64,000 nucleotides of DNA from an uncultured Gammaproteobacteria bacterium (GTDB lineage: Bacteria; Patescibacteriota; Microgenomatia; UBA10105; UBA927), in NCBI GenBank assembly GCA_964449585.1, contig CAYUZE010000003.1, positions 4,021 through 68,020 on the forward strand, given 5' to 3'. The notes beneath the pieces were generated by a model that made no database searches, was not told the DNA's origin, and worked only from the letters and a program-made list of their open reading frames with translations. Of this stretch, positions 55,608 to 64,000 are shown one piece after another. The translations under genes and the position numbers were made by a program. Within the stretch, counting starts at the first letter, position 1, and each line of letters begins with the position of its first letter.

Positions 55608-56390
55608 TTAGCGTTTGTCGAAAAATCCGTGCAACAGCAGGGCAACAACAACGGTGATGCCGCTTACGATCACCATCATGACCAGTTGTGCCATCTTCTC
55701 GTTGGTGAACCAACTTTCTTTTACCGGTACTCCGGTCGGTGTTGCTGAAATAACGGGGGCAACGGTGGGAGTGACGGTAACCGTCGGTTGGGTGCCGAAA
55801 AATAACAACGGTTCGTCCGTTACCGCCGAAGGTGCGACAGTCGGGGTGGGTATCGGGGTCCGTTGCGGCGTGGGGGTGAGTTTATTTTCGGTGACCACAA
55901 CCGAATAGGTACAGTAACTGGGATACGATGAAAATACCTGGTTATTATCCCGTACCCTGCAAGTGGTGTTATACGTGCCCGCCTGGGTGTACGTGTACGT
56001 GGTGGTAATGGAACCGAACTGTCCCGTACCTTTTTCCACCAGGCGTTTTTCACTGCCGCCGAATCCGAATTCCGCTGCGGTGATGTCGTTATCGGGATCA
56101 AAGCCTGCGCAGGCAAACGTCACCGTAAGCGGCTTGGCTCCCGACCCCGGGCTTACCGAAAGTCCCGTGCATCTTGGAGGGCTGTTGGTGGGAGTCGGCG
56201 TAATAGTCGGCGTGATCGTCGGCGTGGGGGTAATCGTGGGTGAGGGCGTAAGGGTCGGGGTAGTCGTCGGTGTGGTTGAAAGGTCGGCTCTGCTCCGTAC
56301 GTCCGCGTTATCGGTCCGTAGCGCCCACAGCAGGAGCGGGAGGCCGAAAATAATGATAAGTATGACGATAAAAAACGGCAGGCGCTTCAT
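55608..56390 (-). CDS. Pro/Thr-rich surface protein with PKD-like domain (paralogous domain to 22817-23545)
   Basis: N-terminal TM + DVRSRA, PT repeats, 'D.D.DI.AAEF...CRV.DNN' domain and C-terminal TM. Confidence 0.78.
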   Translation of the reverse strand: MKRLPFFIVILIIIFGLPLLLWALRTDNADVRSRADLSTTPTTTPTLTPSPTITPTPTITPTITPTPTNSPPRCTGLSVSPGSGAKPLTVTFACAGFDPDNDITAAEFGFGGSEKRLVEKGTGQFGSITTTYTYTQAGTYNTTCRVRDNNQVFSSYPSYCTYSVVVTENKLTPTPQRTPIPTPTVAPSAVTDEPLLFFGTQPTVTVTPTVAPVISATPTGVPVKESWFTNEKMAQLVMMVIVSGITVVVALLLHGFFDKR

Positions 56391-56517
56391 ACAATAATCG
56401 ATCACTTACGAGTATATACCCATTGCGAAGAAAAATGCGAGAGTGCACTCATGAAGGATCGGAGTGGGTCTCCCGAAGCGGCATGTTTTCTTACTTTCCC
56501 ATGGTATAATGCGATAC

Positions 56518-58383
56518 ATGCAATCGATTGACGTGCGAAAAAAATTCATCGCGTACTATGTACAGCGGGGACACACAGAAATTCCTTCGGCTCCGATCGT
56601 GCCCTTAAATGATCCCTCGACGCTTTTTACCAGCTCGGGTATGCAGCCGTTGGTGCCCTACCTGTTGGGTGAGCATCATCCTGCAGGCACAAGACTGGTG
56701 GATAGCCAAAAGTCATTCCGTTCACAGGATATCGAAGAAGTCGGCGACAATAGGCATACCACATTTTTTGAAATGTTGGGCAACTGGAGTCTCGGGGATT
56801 ACTTTAAAAAGGATCAGTTACCGTGGATATTCGGGTTTTTGACGGATGAACTCGCCCTTGATCCCAAGCGGTTGTATGTTTCCGTGTTTGAAGGGAACGA
56901 TTCGGTTCCCAAAGATACCGAGTCGATTGCGATCTGGAAAGCGTTATTTGCAAAGGTAGGCATAGACGCGAAAGAAGGGGAGCGAATATTCACGTACCCT
57001 GCCAAGAAAAACTGGTGGAGCAGATCGGGTGAACCGGAAAAAATGCCGCCCGGTGAACCGGGAGGACCGGACAGCGAGGTCTTTTTTGATTTCGGCATTG
57101 AACGGGGATTCCATGAGAACTCACCGTTTAAAAACGACCCGTGCCATCCTAACTGCGACTGCGGCAGATTTATGGAAATCGCCAATTCCGTGTTTATGCA
57201 ATTCCAAAAACAGGAGGACGGTTCGCTTAAAGAGCTATCCCAAAAGAACGTTGATTTCGGCGGAGGATTGGAGCGGATGGTTGCGGCTGCAAACGATGAC
57301 CCCGATGTATTTAACACCGATTTATTTGCCCCCATTATCGCGGCCATCGCATCGTATGCCGGAAAAGCGTACGGGGTTGATAGGAAAGAAACGCAAGCGA
57401 TGCGAGTTATTGCGGATCACCTGAAGGCGGCAACCTTCATGATCGGGGAAGGGTTGTTCCCGAGCAACAAACAACAGGGATATGTATTGCGCAGACTCAT
57501 CCGCAGGGCCGTCGTCAAAATGCATCAACTCGGGGGAACCGGATCAAAGGCAGAATTGGGCATTACGGTGTTTCGCGCGGTGGGAGCTATCTATAAGGAC
57601 GTCTATTTTTCCCCGGAATCTTCAGAATTTCGCGAAAAGGAACAGATTCTTTCGGAGGAGATTCTCCGTTTTGAAAAAGTGCTCCGAACCGGCATGGCGG
57701 AACTCAAAAAACATGAAACGATTACGGGAACCGTCGCTTTTGATTTATTGCAAAGTTACGGTTTTCCCTGGGAACTCACGTATGAACTGGCGCTGGATAA
57801 GGGGCAGGAAGTTGACAGGGACGAATTTCAAAAAGAATTTAAGAAGCACCAGGAACTTTCTCGAACCGCGGCGGCGGGTATGTTCAAAGGAGGACTTGCC
57901 GATCATTCGGAAGCAACCACAAAATTACATACGGCACATCACCTGCTTTTGGCATCGTTACAAAAGCTTATTGATCCTTCCATTAAGCAACGGGGCAGCA
58001 ACATTACGGCGGAACGGCTGCGCATTGATGTGAGCTTCTCGAGAAAATTTACTCAGGATGAATTGAAAAAAGTTGAAGATATGGTAAATGAGCAAATTGC
58101 GAAAAACCTTGCGGTGACGCGGGCGGAAATGCCCCGGGAAGTTGCCGAAAAAATCGGTGCCCAAATGGAATTCGGTGCGAAATATCCCGATAGAGTAAGC
58201 GTGTATATCGTGGGGCTTTCTCCGGAAGTCGGACCGGAGAGCGCATCACGGGATTCCTATTTTTCCGCCGAGTTTTGCGGCGGTCCGCATGTAACCTTTA
58301 CAGGCACGTTAGGTCACTTTAAAATAGTAAAAGAGGATGCAAGTAGTGCCGGGGTACGAAGAATTTACGCAAAGCTCAGTTAA
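56518..58383 (+). CDS. alaS: Alanine--tRNA ligase (short form without C-Ala domain)
   Basis: LFT.SGMQP, RHTTFFEMLGNWS.GDYFK, VD.G.GLER, GYVLRRLIRR, editing HTAHH and EFCGGPHV, and GVRRI.A. Start refined to MQSIDV. Confidence 0.97.
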   Translation: MQSIDVRKKFIAYYVQRGHTEIPSAPIVPLNDPSTLFTSSGMQPLVPYLLGEHHPAGTRLVDSQKSFRSQDIEEVGDNRHTTFFEMLGNWSLGDYFKKDQLPWIFGFLTDELALDPKRLYVSVFEGNDSVPKDTESIAIWKALFAKVGIDAKEGERIFTYPAKKNWWSRSGEPEKMPPGEPGGPDSEVFFDFGIERGFHENSPFKNDPCHPNCDCGRFMEIANSVFMQFQKQEDGSLKELSQKNVDFGGGLERMVAAANDDPDVFNTDLFAPIIAAIASYAGKAYGVDRKETQAMRVIADHLKAATFMIGEGLFPSNKQQGYVLRRLIRRAVVKMHQLGGTGSKAELGITVFRAVGAIYKDVYFSPESSEFREKEQILSEEILRFEKVLRTGMAELKKHETITGTVAFDLLQSYGFPWELTYELALDKGQEVDRDEFQKEFKKHQELSRTAAAGMFKGGLADHSEATTKLHTAHHLLLASLQKLIDPSIKQRGSNITAERLRIDVSFSRKFTQDELKKVEDMVNEQIAKNLAVTRAEMPREVAEKIGAQMEFGAKYPDRVSVYIVGLSPEVGPESASRDSYFSAEFCGGPHVTFTGTLGHFKIVKEDASSAGVRRIYAKLS

Positions 58384-58391
58384 TACGTGTG

Positions 58392-60851
58392 ATGATGAAA
58401 CTTCCCGATGTCTTTTCAGGATTCCTGCCGAAAAAGGAAGAAACAAAGGATTACTTTTTTTCCTTGTATCTTGACGTTGACGCGGCTGCGGTCGCGGTTT
58501 GGCATATTGATTCCTCCGGGGCTCCCAAAGTAGAAAGTTTTGCTCATGCGGTAATAGCCAGTGATACCTGGGAAGCACGCATACAGGTTGTTGATCGATT
58601 GCTTTCCGCGGCGGAGGAAAAAGTAAAAGCGGCAAAGCCCATCACCAAAACGGTGTTCGGGATCGCCGGGACATATCTTACCCCGGACGGCAACATCACC
58701 GAATCCGTGCGTCCGCACCTCAAAAAACTCTCGCACATGCTGGAACTTACTCCCGTGGGATTTGTGCCGCTTTTCCAAGCGATTGCGTTTTCGATTAAGC
58801 GTGAAGAAGGGGTTCCCACGAGTGCTGTGTTGCTTGGTTGTGCCGGCAAAACCGCCCGCATGAGTCTTTTTCGCGTCGGACAACTGACGCATGATTTTAT
58901 GATGGTGTTCGGGGAGGATCCCGCACTCGCCCTTGAAACCGAACTCAAAAAAATTCAGGACGGTGACGTACTTCCGTCGCGGATGTTGCTCTACGGAGGC
59001 AACGCGCCCGTGCTTGAAGAGACCCGGTCGAAGCTCTTAAAGCATCCGTGGCCGTCACGGGCTAACTTTCTCCATTTTCCGAAAATTGAAACGATTTCGG
59101 TGGAGGATCTGCTGACGTCGGTATCCCTTGCCGGTGCCTCAGAGCTTGCATCGGACATCGGTGAGTCTGCCGAATCAACGAATGCCGGGGAAGAAGTTTC
59201 TGTCGTGGCACAGCCGCCGGCGGTTGCGCATAAAACGCCCGAGACACAAGATTCCGCTGAGGCGGATGAGGTAACGGCGGAAGCGGATGAAGAAGAAGAG
59301 ACGGAAGAAATAGAGGAACAAGAACCGATAACCGAGGATGAGACGGAAGATGAAGTAAGCGAAGAGGAAGCTAGTGAAGAGGAAACCCAAGAGGCGGTCG
59401 CCGGCGTGCAAGGTGAAAGTCTTGGAGATCGTGAGGCGGCATCATTTGAGGACACCGAATCAACCGACGGTGATGATGTTTCCGTCGATGACGAAACGGA
59501 AGAGCTTGCCAATGTGAAGATGGTTACTCCGGAATCGCTCGGTTTTCGCCATGAAGACGTTCTGGAAAAACCGTCCGTATCCTCAGGAACGAAGCATGCT
59601 GCCGCTGCACACGGTACCAAAACACTTCCGTTGGAAAAATTGTCGCACCTGATACCGAAAATTTCACTCGCGGAAGCTAAAGCGAAACTTATGGGGATCA
59701 CGGCGCGCTTTCCCCGCGGCAAAGGGAAATTAGTACCGGTTATCGGGGGAGTACTTGTTCTCGGTCTTGTCCTTTTTGCGCTCTACTATACGGTGCCGAA
59801 GTCAACCATAACGGTGCTTGTGGCATCACAATCAATTGACGAGTCAACGGTTGTTTCCGTTGATCCTCAATCGACCGTTGCCGATCCGGATACGAAAACG
59901 ATTCCCGGAAAAAATCAGGAACAGTCCGTGAGCGGCGAGAAAACCGTTGCGGTGACCGGCAAAAAAAACATCGGTGACCCGGCAAAAGGTACCGTGACGA
60001 TTTATAACAAAGTAACCAGCGGCAGATCGTTCCCCAAAGGAACGATGCTTACGTCCCAAGGGGTGGCATTTACGCTCGATAGCGACGTCAGCGTCGCTTC
60101 GGCAAGTGAAACGATCGGATCCATTACCTTCGGCAAAGCAACGGCGAACGTGACCGCAAAAGAAATCGGACCGAATGGCAACCTCGCGGCAAGTTCAGAA
60201 TTTAGTTTTGCCAACGTGAGCCCCAATAGCGTATCGGCGCGCAATGAATCCGCATTTACCGGGGGAACAAGCAAACAGGTGACCGTGGTGTCTCGCGCGG
60301 ACCAGGATGCGCTTGTTGCAGCAATCACCGAGGAGCTGGTCGAACGGGCAAAGGAACAGCTTCGCACGAGCGGGGCGGCGGGGGATCGTCTGATTGATGC
60401 GACGATCAAGACAGAAGTGGCGGAAAAAGTGTTTGATGCGGAACTCAATCAGGAAGCGCGAGAATTGCACGGCAAAATAACCGTTAAAGTATCGGGCATC
60501 AGCATCGGGGACAGTGATGTGAAGGCGGCCCTGCTTCCGTTGGTGGAAGCAAAGGTTCCTTCCGGGTACCGTCTTGCGCCCGAACAGACCAATGTGACGA
60601 CCAGCAATGTCACCGTGAAAAAAGACGGCACGATTACGCTAACGGCAAAACTTACCGCAGTCGCTCTCCCCGAAGTTGATACCGAGTCGCTTCGGATCAA
60701 ATTGGCGGGAAAACCGGTAACTGAAGCGACCGCGATACTTCGGCAAACCCAGGGAGTGGCGGGTGCAGAATATCGCTTTACGTTATCGCCCTCACATTCA
60801 CGGCTTCCGATGAGCCGGAATAACATCACCATCACCGTCATGGTACAGTAA
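58392..60851 (+). CDS. Large bitopic protein: FtsA/PilM-like N-domain, acidic linker, TM, baseplate-J-like external region
   Basis: Alpha/beta N-domain, Glu/Asp-rich segment, one TM, then 'TG.K.IG..A.G.VTIYN...G..GN...NESAFTGG...V.VVS..D'. Confidence 0.65.
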   Translation: MMKLPDVFSGFLPKKEETKDYFFSLYLDVDAAAVAVWHIDSSGAPKVESFAHAVIASDTWEARIQVVDRLLSAAEEKVKAAKPITKTVFGIAGTYLTPDGNITESVRPHLKKLSHMLELTPVGFVPLFQAIAFSIKREEGVPTSAVLLGCAGKTARMSLFRVGQLTHDFMMVFGEDPALALETELKKIQDGDVLPSRMLLYGGNAPVLEETRSKLLKHPWPSRANFLHFPKIETISVEDLLTSVSLAGASELASDIGESAESTNAGEEVSVVAQPPAVAHKTPETQDSAEADEVTAEADEEEETEEIEEQEPITEDETEDEVSEEEASEEETQEAVAGVQGESLGDREAASFEDTESTDGDDVSVDDETEELANVKMVTPESLGFRHEDVLEKPSVSSGTKHAAAAHGTKTLPLEKLSHLIPKISLAEAKAKLMGITARFPRGKGKLVPVIGGVLVLGLVLFALYYTVPKSTITVLVASQSIDESTVVSVDPQSTVADPDTKTIPGKNQEQSVSGEKTVAVTGKKNIGDPAKGTVTIYNKVTSGRSFPKGTMLTSQGVAFTLDSDVSVASASETIGSITFGKATANVTAKEIGPNGNLAASSEFSFANVSPNSVSARNESAFTGGTSKQVTVVSRADQDALVAAITEELVERAKEQLRTSGAAGDRLIDATIKTEVAEKVFDAELNQEARELHGKITVKVSGISIGDSDVKAALLPLVEAKVPSGYRLAPEQTNVTTSNVTVKKDGTITLTAKLTAVALPEVDTESLRIKLAGKPVTEATAILRQTQGVAGAEYRFTLSPSHSRLPMSRNNITITVMVQ

Positions 60852-60882
60852 AAGAAGGTAGTTCCTTTCGGAGTAACGTCGT

Positions 60883-61590
60883 ATGGCCATGTACCGCTAT
60901 GTCAAAGCAGTTCCCCGTAAGCCGGTCGCGCGTCCGGTTGTCTTTTCGTATCTCTTAATGTCCATCGGCGTCCTTATCATCATGTGGACGCTTTGGCCGA
61001 TTCTTTCCTTCTTCTTTGTGGATCAGGTGGTGCTTGCTAAAACCGTCAGCCCGCTTTCCGATCCCTCGGGCATGAGTACGGGCGCGGCGCTTGTGTATGC
61101 CAACGGGGCAAAAGATACGACGGATGCCAACACCTGGTTTCCCACAAAGCCGCAGAAGAAAAACTCGGCGCAGGTGAATAGTTATACCGTAAGCATCCCG
61201 TCGCTTGGTATCAGTTCTGCATCGGTGATTATCGCGGGGGACGATCTGGCAAAAAGCCTGATTCACTACGGGGGTACGGCAAATCCCGGCGACTACGGGA
61301 ACACCGTGATTTTCGGGCACTCGACGTTGCCACAGTTTTTCCGGGGAATCAAAGATTACAAGACGATATTTGCCACCCTTCCCACGATAAAAGAAGGCGA
61401 TGAAATATTGGTTACCTATGACGGGTTAGACTATAAATACGTCGTGACCGATAAGATCGTCGTTGAACCCACCGACTTGACGCCGTTGGAACAACGGTTT
61501 GACGATTCATATTTGACGCTGGTTACCTGTGTCCCGCCGGGAACGTATCTGTATCGGTTAAACGTGAAAGCAAAACTTGTCCGTATATAA
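60883..61590 (+). CDS. Sortase
   Basis: N-terminal TM, IPSLGI, GNTVIFGHS (His), LTLVTC (Cys) and YRL (Arg). Confidence 0.93.
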   Translation: MAMYRYVKAVPRKPVARPVVFSYLLMSIGVLIIMWTLWPILSFFFVDQVVLAKTVSPLSDPSGMSTGAALVYANGAKDTTDANTWFPTKPQKKNSAQVNSYTVSIPSLGISSASVIIAGDDLAKSLIHYGGTANPGDYGNTVIFGHSTLPQFFRGIKDYKTIFATLPTIKEGDEILVTYDGLDYKYVVTDKIVVEPTDLTPLEQRFDDSYLTLVTCVPPGTYLYRLNVKAKLVRI

Positions 61591-61621
61591 AAGGAATCTT
61601 TACAAGAAAGGAAACACCGCT

Positions 61622-62881
61622 ATGTCCGCAAATTCACAACAGAAAGCAATAGATGCGATCAAGAAAAAACTCGTCGGCAAAAGTTTAAGCTACGATGAGA
61701 TATATTCCATCATGGATGAGATCGCCAATGAAAAATTAAGTCCCGTGCTCACGACTTATTTTGCGGCGGCGGGATTCAAGGAAGGATTTTCGGATGCGGA
61801 GCTGTATTCATTGACTAAAGCGATGGTAGCAACGGGTCCCCGCCTAAAATTTAGCGGCATTGTGGCGGATAAACACTCGGCGGGAGGCGTAGCCGGAACA
61901 CGGACGACGATGATCGTTGTTCCGATAATTGCCGCGGCGGGCTACAAAATTCCCAAAACTTCCACCCGTGCGATTACCTCTCCCGCAGGGACGGCGGACA
62001 CTATGGAAGTAGTGGCACCCGTAACTTTTACGACCGCACAAATTACGCATATCGTTGAAAAAGTCGGCGGGTGTATTGTCTGGGGCGGGCACGTGGGACT
62101 TGCTCCTGCGGACGACATATTAATCCAAGTGGAACGACCGCTCGCGTTTGAATCGTATGACAAAATAATCGTTTCGGTCATGGCAAAAAAGATTGCCTCG
62201 GGAGCAAATCATTTGGTACTCGATCTTCCCGTCGGTCCCACGATGAAGATTCAGCACTTTAAGGATGCGGAACTGATGGCAAAAAAGTTTATGATGCTCG
62301 GCAAAAAATTTAAGATGCATATCGTCATCGACATCAATGAAGTGCGTCAGAATGCAGGGCGCGGCATCGGCCCGGTGCTCGAAGCACGGGATGTATTTCA
62401 GGTGTTGGAACAGGCACCCGAGCGGCCGCTTGCGTTAGAGGCAAAAGCCCTGCGACTTGCGGGCAAACTGTTATCGATTTGCTTTGCCGATACCCCCGGA
62501 AAAAAAGATATGGACGGGGAAGAGGCGGCAAGGGAACTGTTAACAAGCGGCAAGGCGCTCGCAAAGATGCGGGAAATCATCAAGGCGCAGGGCGGAGATC
62601 CGGGTATCATAAGCGGAAAGTTGACGCCGGGGAAAGAGGTGTATGAGCTGAAATCCCCGAAAAAAGGTATGATTGCCGCCATGAATAATCAGCAGATCAC
62701 CGTGATTTGCCGAATATTGGGATGTCCTACCGATAAGCGCGCGGGCATGTATCTTAATAGAAAACTTGAAGAGAGGGTGGATAAGGGTGATATACTAGCT
62801 ACGATTTACAGTTCGGATAAGTGGCGGCTTAAAGAAGCGGCCGAAACGTTAAAAACAATGCCGGTTTATACCGTCGAATGA
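61622..62881 (+). CDS. AMP phosphorylase / thymidine phosphorylase family protein
   Basis: DKHSAGGVAG.RTT, IPKTSTRAITSPAGTAD, LAPADD and G.GIGP.LEA motifs of the AMP-phosphorylase subgroup. Start refined to MSANSQ. Confidence 0.88.
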   Translation: MSANSQQKAIDAIKKKLVGKSLSYDEIYSIMDEIANEKLSPVLTTYFAAAGFKEGFSDAELYSLTKAMVATGPRLKFSGIVADKHSAGGVAGTRTTMIVVPIIAAAGYKIPKTSTRAITSPAGTADTMEVVAPVTFTTAQITHIVEKVGGCIVWGGHVGLAPADDILIQVERPLAFESYDKIIVSVMAKKIASGANHLVLDLPVGPTMKIQHFKDAELMAKKFMMLGKKFKMHIVIDINEVRQNAGRGIGPVLEARDVFQVLEQAPERPLALEAKALRLAGKLLSICFADTPGKKDMDGEEAARELLTSGKALAKMREIIKAQGGDPGIISGKLTPGKEVYELKSPKKGMIAAMNNQQITVICRILGCPTDKRAGMYLNRKLEERVDKGDILATIYSSDKWRLKEAAETLKTMPVYTVE

Positions 62882-62882
62882 T

Positions 62883-63074
62883 ATGTTCAAAAACATGTTG
62901 GCACCGGTTCAGGCGTGGTTGTTAAGTCAGGGAAAGTGTGTCGGATGCGGTAAGGCGCTTTCCGGCGGTACAGGAAGTGAATTAGTCCGCGTCGTATGTA
63001 CCTGCGGACGTATTTATATGTATGACCCGGCGGCAAAAAAATACCGCCGTGCCCTTCTCAATGAAATCAAATAA
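62883..63074 (+). CDS. Small putative Zn-ribbon protein
   Basis: CVGC...CTCGR. 1 nt from the upstream stop codon. Confidence 0.65.
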   Translation: MFKNMLAPVQAWLLSQGKCVGCGKALSGGTGSELVRVVCTCGRIYMYDPAAKKYRRALLNEIK

Positions 63075-63081
63075 CACCGTC

Positions 63082-64000
63082 ATGACCAGAGTGTCCGTAT
63101 TCCTCATCGTTCTTATCCTCGTTATGGGAGGCGCGCTTGCCTGGTGGTTTGACAGCACCCGGGCTTCCGATGATACCGATAAAGCACCCGTTACCTTTCG
63201 CATCAATGCGGGAGACGGCGTGCGGGTGATTGCCGCAAATCTTGCCGAGGAAAATCTTATCCGCAGTCCGACCGCATTTTTTGTCCTGATAAAACTCATG
63301 GGTATCGAACGCAATTTGCAGGCGGGTGAATTTCGATTAAATCGCGCCATGGACAGTCGCACGGTAGCACGCGAATTGACCCACGGTATTCAAGATACCT
63401 GGATAACGACGCTGGAAGGATGGCGCAATGAAGAAATCGCCGCGGCACTTTCCAAAAACCTCGATATACCCGAAAGCGAGTTTCTCAAGATAGCCAAACT
63501 GGGGTATATGTTTCCCGATACCTACCTTGTTCCCCAGGACGCTACCGCGGGAGCGATCATCGCCATTTTTACCGCGGCATTTGATAAAAAAGTCACCGCT
63601 GATATGCGGGCGGATATCCGGGCTTCAGGGATGACGCTTCACGAAGTGATTACTTTGGCTTCTATCGTCGAACGCGAAGGGCATACCGATGAAGATCGGC
63701 CGATTATCGCGGGAATACTCCTCAATCGGTTGAAAGCGGGATGGCCGCTCCAAGCGGACGCGACGTTACAGTTTGCCCTGGGGTACCAGCCGCAGGAAAA
63801 AACCTGGTGGAAGAAAGCGCTTTACGATGAAGATAAAAAAGTTAATTCCCCATATAACACGTATGCGAATACGGGACTTCCGCCGGGACCGATCAGTAAT
63901 CCCGGTATCGCGTCCATTCGTGCGGCTATATACCCTAAAAAAACCTCCTACTGGTACTATCTGCATGACCCTTCGGGAGGGGTGCACTATGCGGAAACAC
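63082..64000 (+). CDS. mltG: Endolytic transglycosylase MltG (YceG), truncated by the window end
   Basis: Translated manually because it is absent from the ORF track: N-terminal TM, LQAGEF, TLEGWR.EEIA, GYMFPDTY, LASIVERE, LQADAT and SPYNTY...GLPPGPISNPG. Alternative start at 63061. Confidence 0.93.
   Translation, partial: MTRVSVFLIVLILVMGGALAWWFDSTRASDDTDKAPVTFRINAGDGVRVIAANLAEENLIRSPTAFFVLIKLMGIERNLQAGEFRLNRAMDSRTVARELTHGIQDTWITTLEGWRNEEIAAALSKNLDIPESEFLKIAKLGYMFPDTYLVPQDATAGAIIAIFTAAFDKKVTADMRADIRASGMTLHEVITLASIVEREGHTDEDRPIIAGILLNRLKAGWPLQADATLQFALGYQPQEKTWWKKALYDEDKKVNSPYNTYANTGLPPGPISNPGIASIRAAIYPKKTSYWYYLHDPSGGVHYAET

Noticed and set aside
56184-56276. Second repetitive tract
   Set aside because: Synonymously diverged TPTITP coding repeats.
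56391-56517. Ala-sensing leader upstream of alaS, by analogy with metG
   Set aside because: The -10 box is 7 nt from the alaS ATG, leaving no leader. No Ala-rich uORF or terminator was found.
58392-60851. Prophage or contractile injection system suggested by the baseplate-J-like region
   Set aside because: No other phage, tail or integrase genes are nearby, and the context is housekeeping.
1-64000. Alternative genetic code (UGA recoding as in some CPR lineages)
   Set aside because: Conserved genes are full length under code 11 and several end in TGA.

Overview
Gene-dense bacterial chromosomal window (about 50% GC, standard code 11). The content points to a Patescibacteria/CPR organism, most like Microgenomates: minimal MetRS, AlaRS and IF2, AMP phosphorylase, FemAB, sortase, LCP and pilN/pilO, with no biosynthetic operons. 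Housekeeping blocks are hrcA-grpE-dnaK-dnaJ with a CIRCE, nusA-infB-DHH-rpsO-pnp-Lon-like-rnj-ftsK, metG, alaS, tpiA, rpsT, murJ, two UvrD-family helicases and a partial mltG. Envelope loci include a lipid-linked glycosylation cluster and Pro/Thr-rich surface proteins, several with IPx[T/S/A]G sorting signals. No rRNA, tRNA, CRISPR array or mobile element was recognised. The main finding is absent from the ORF track: a complete classical ribosome-mediated transcription attenuator on the minus strand (about 11957-12088). Its 14-aa leader peptide MTNRISMMMANTSG has three tandem Met codons, and mutually exclusive protector, antiterminator and terminator hairpins follow. It lies upstream of a small unknown gene, metG and tatD. 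Also notable: about 20 genes have a -10 box only 6-10 nt before the ATG (leaderless or near-leaderless architecture). All family calls come from motif recognition by eye, without database searches.
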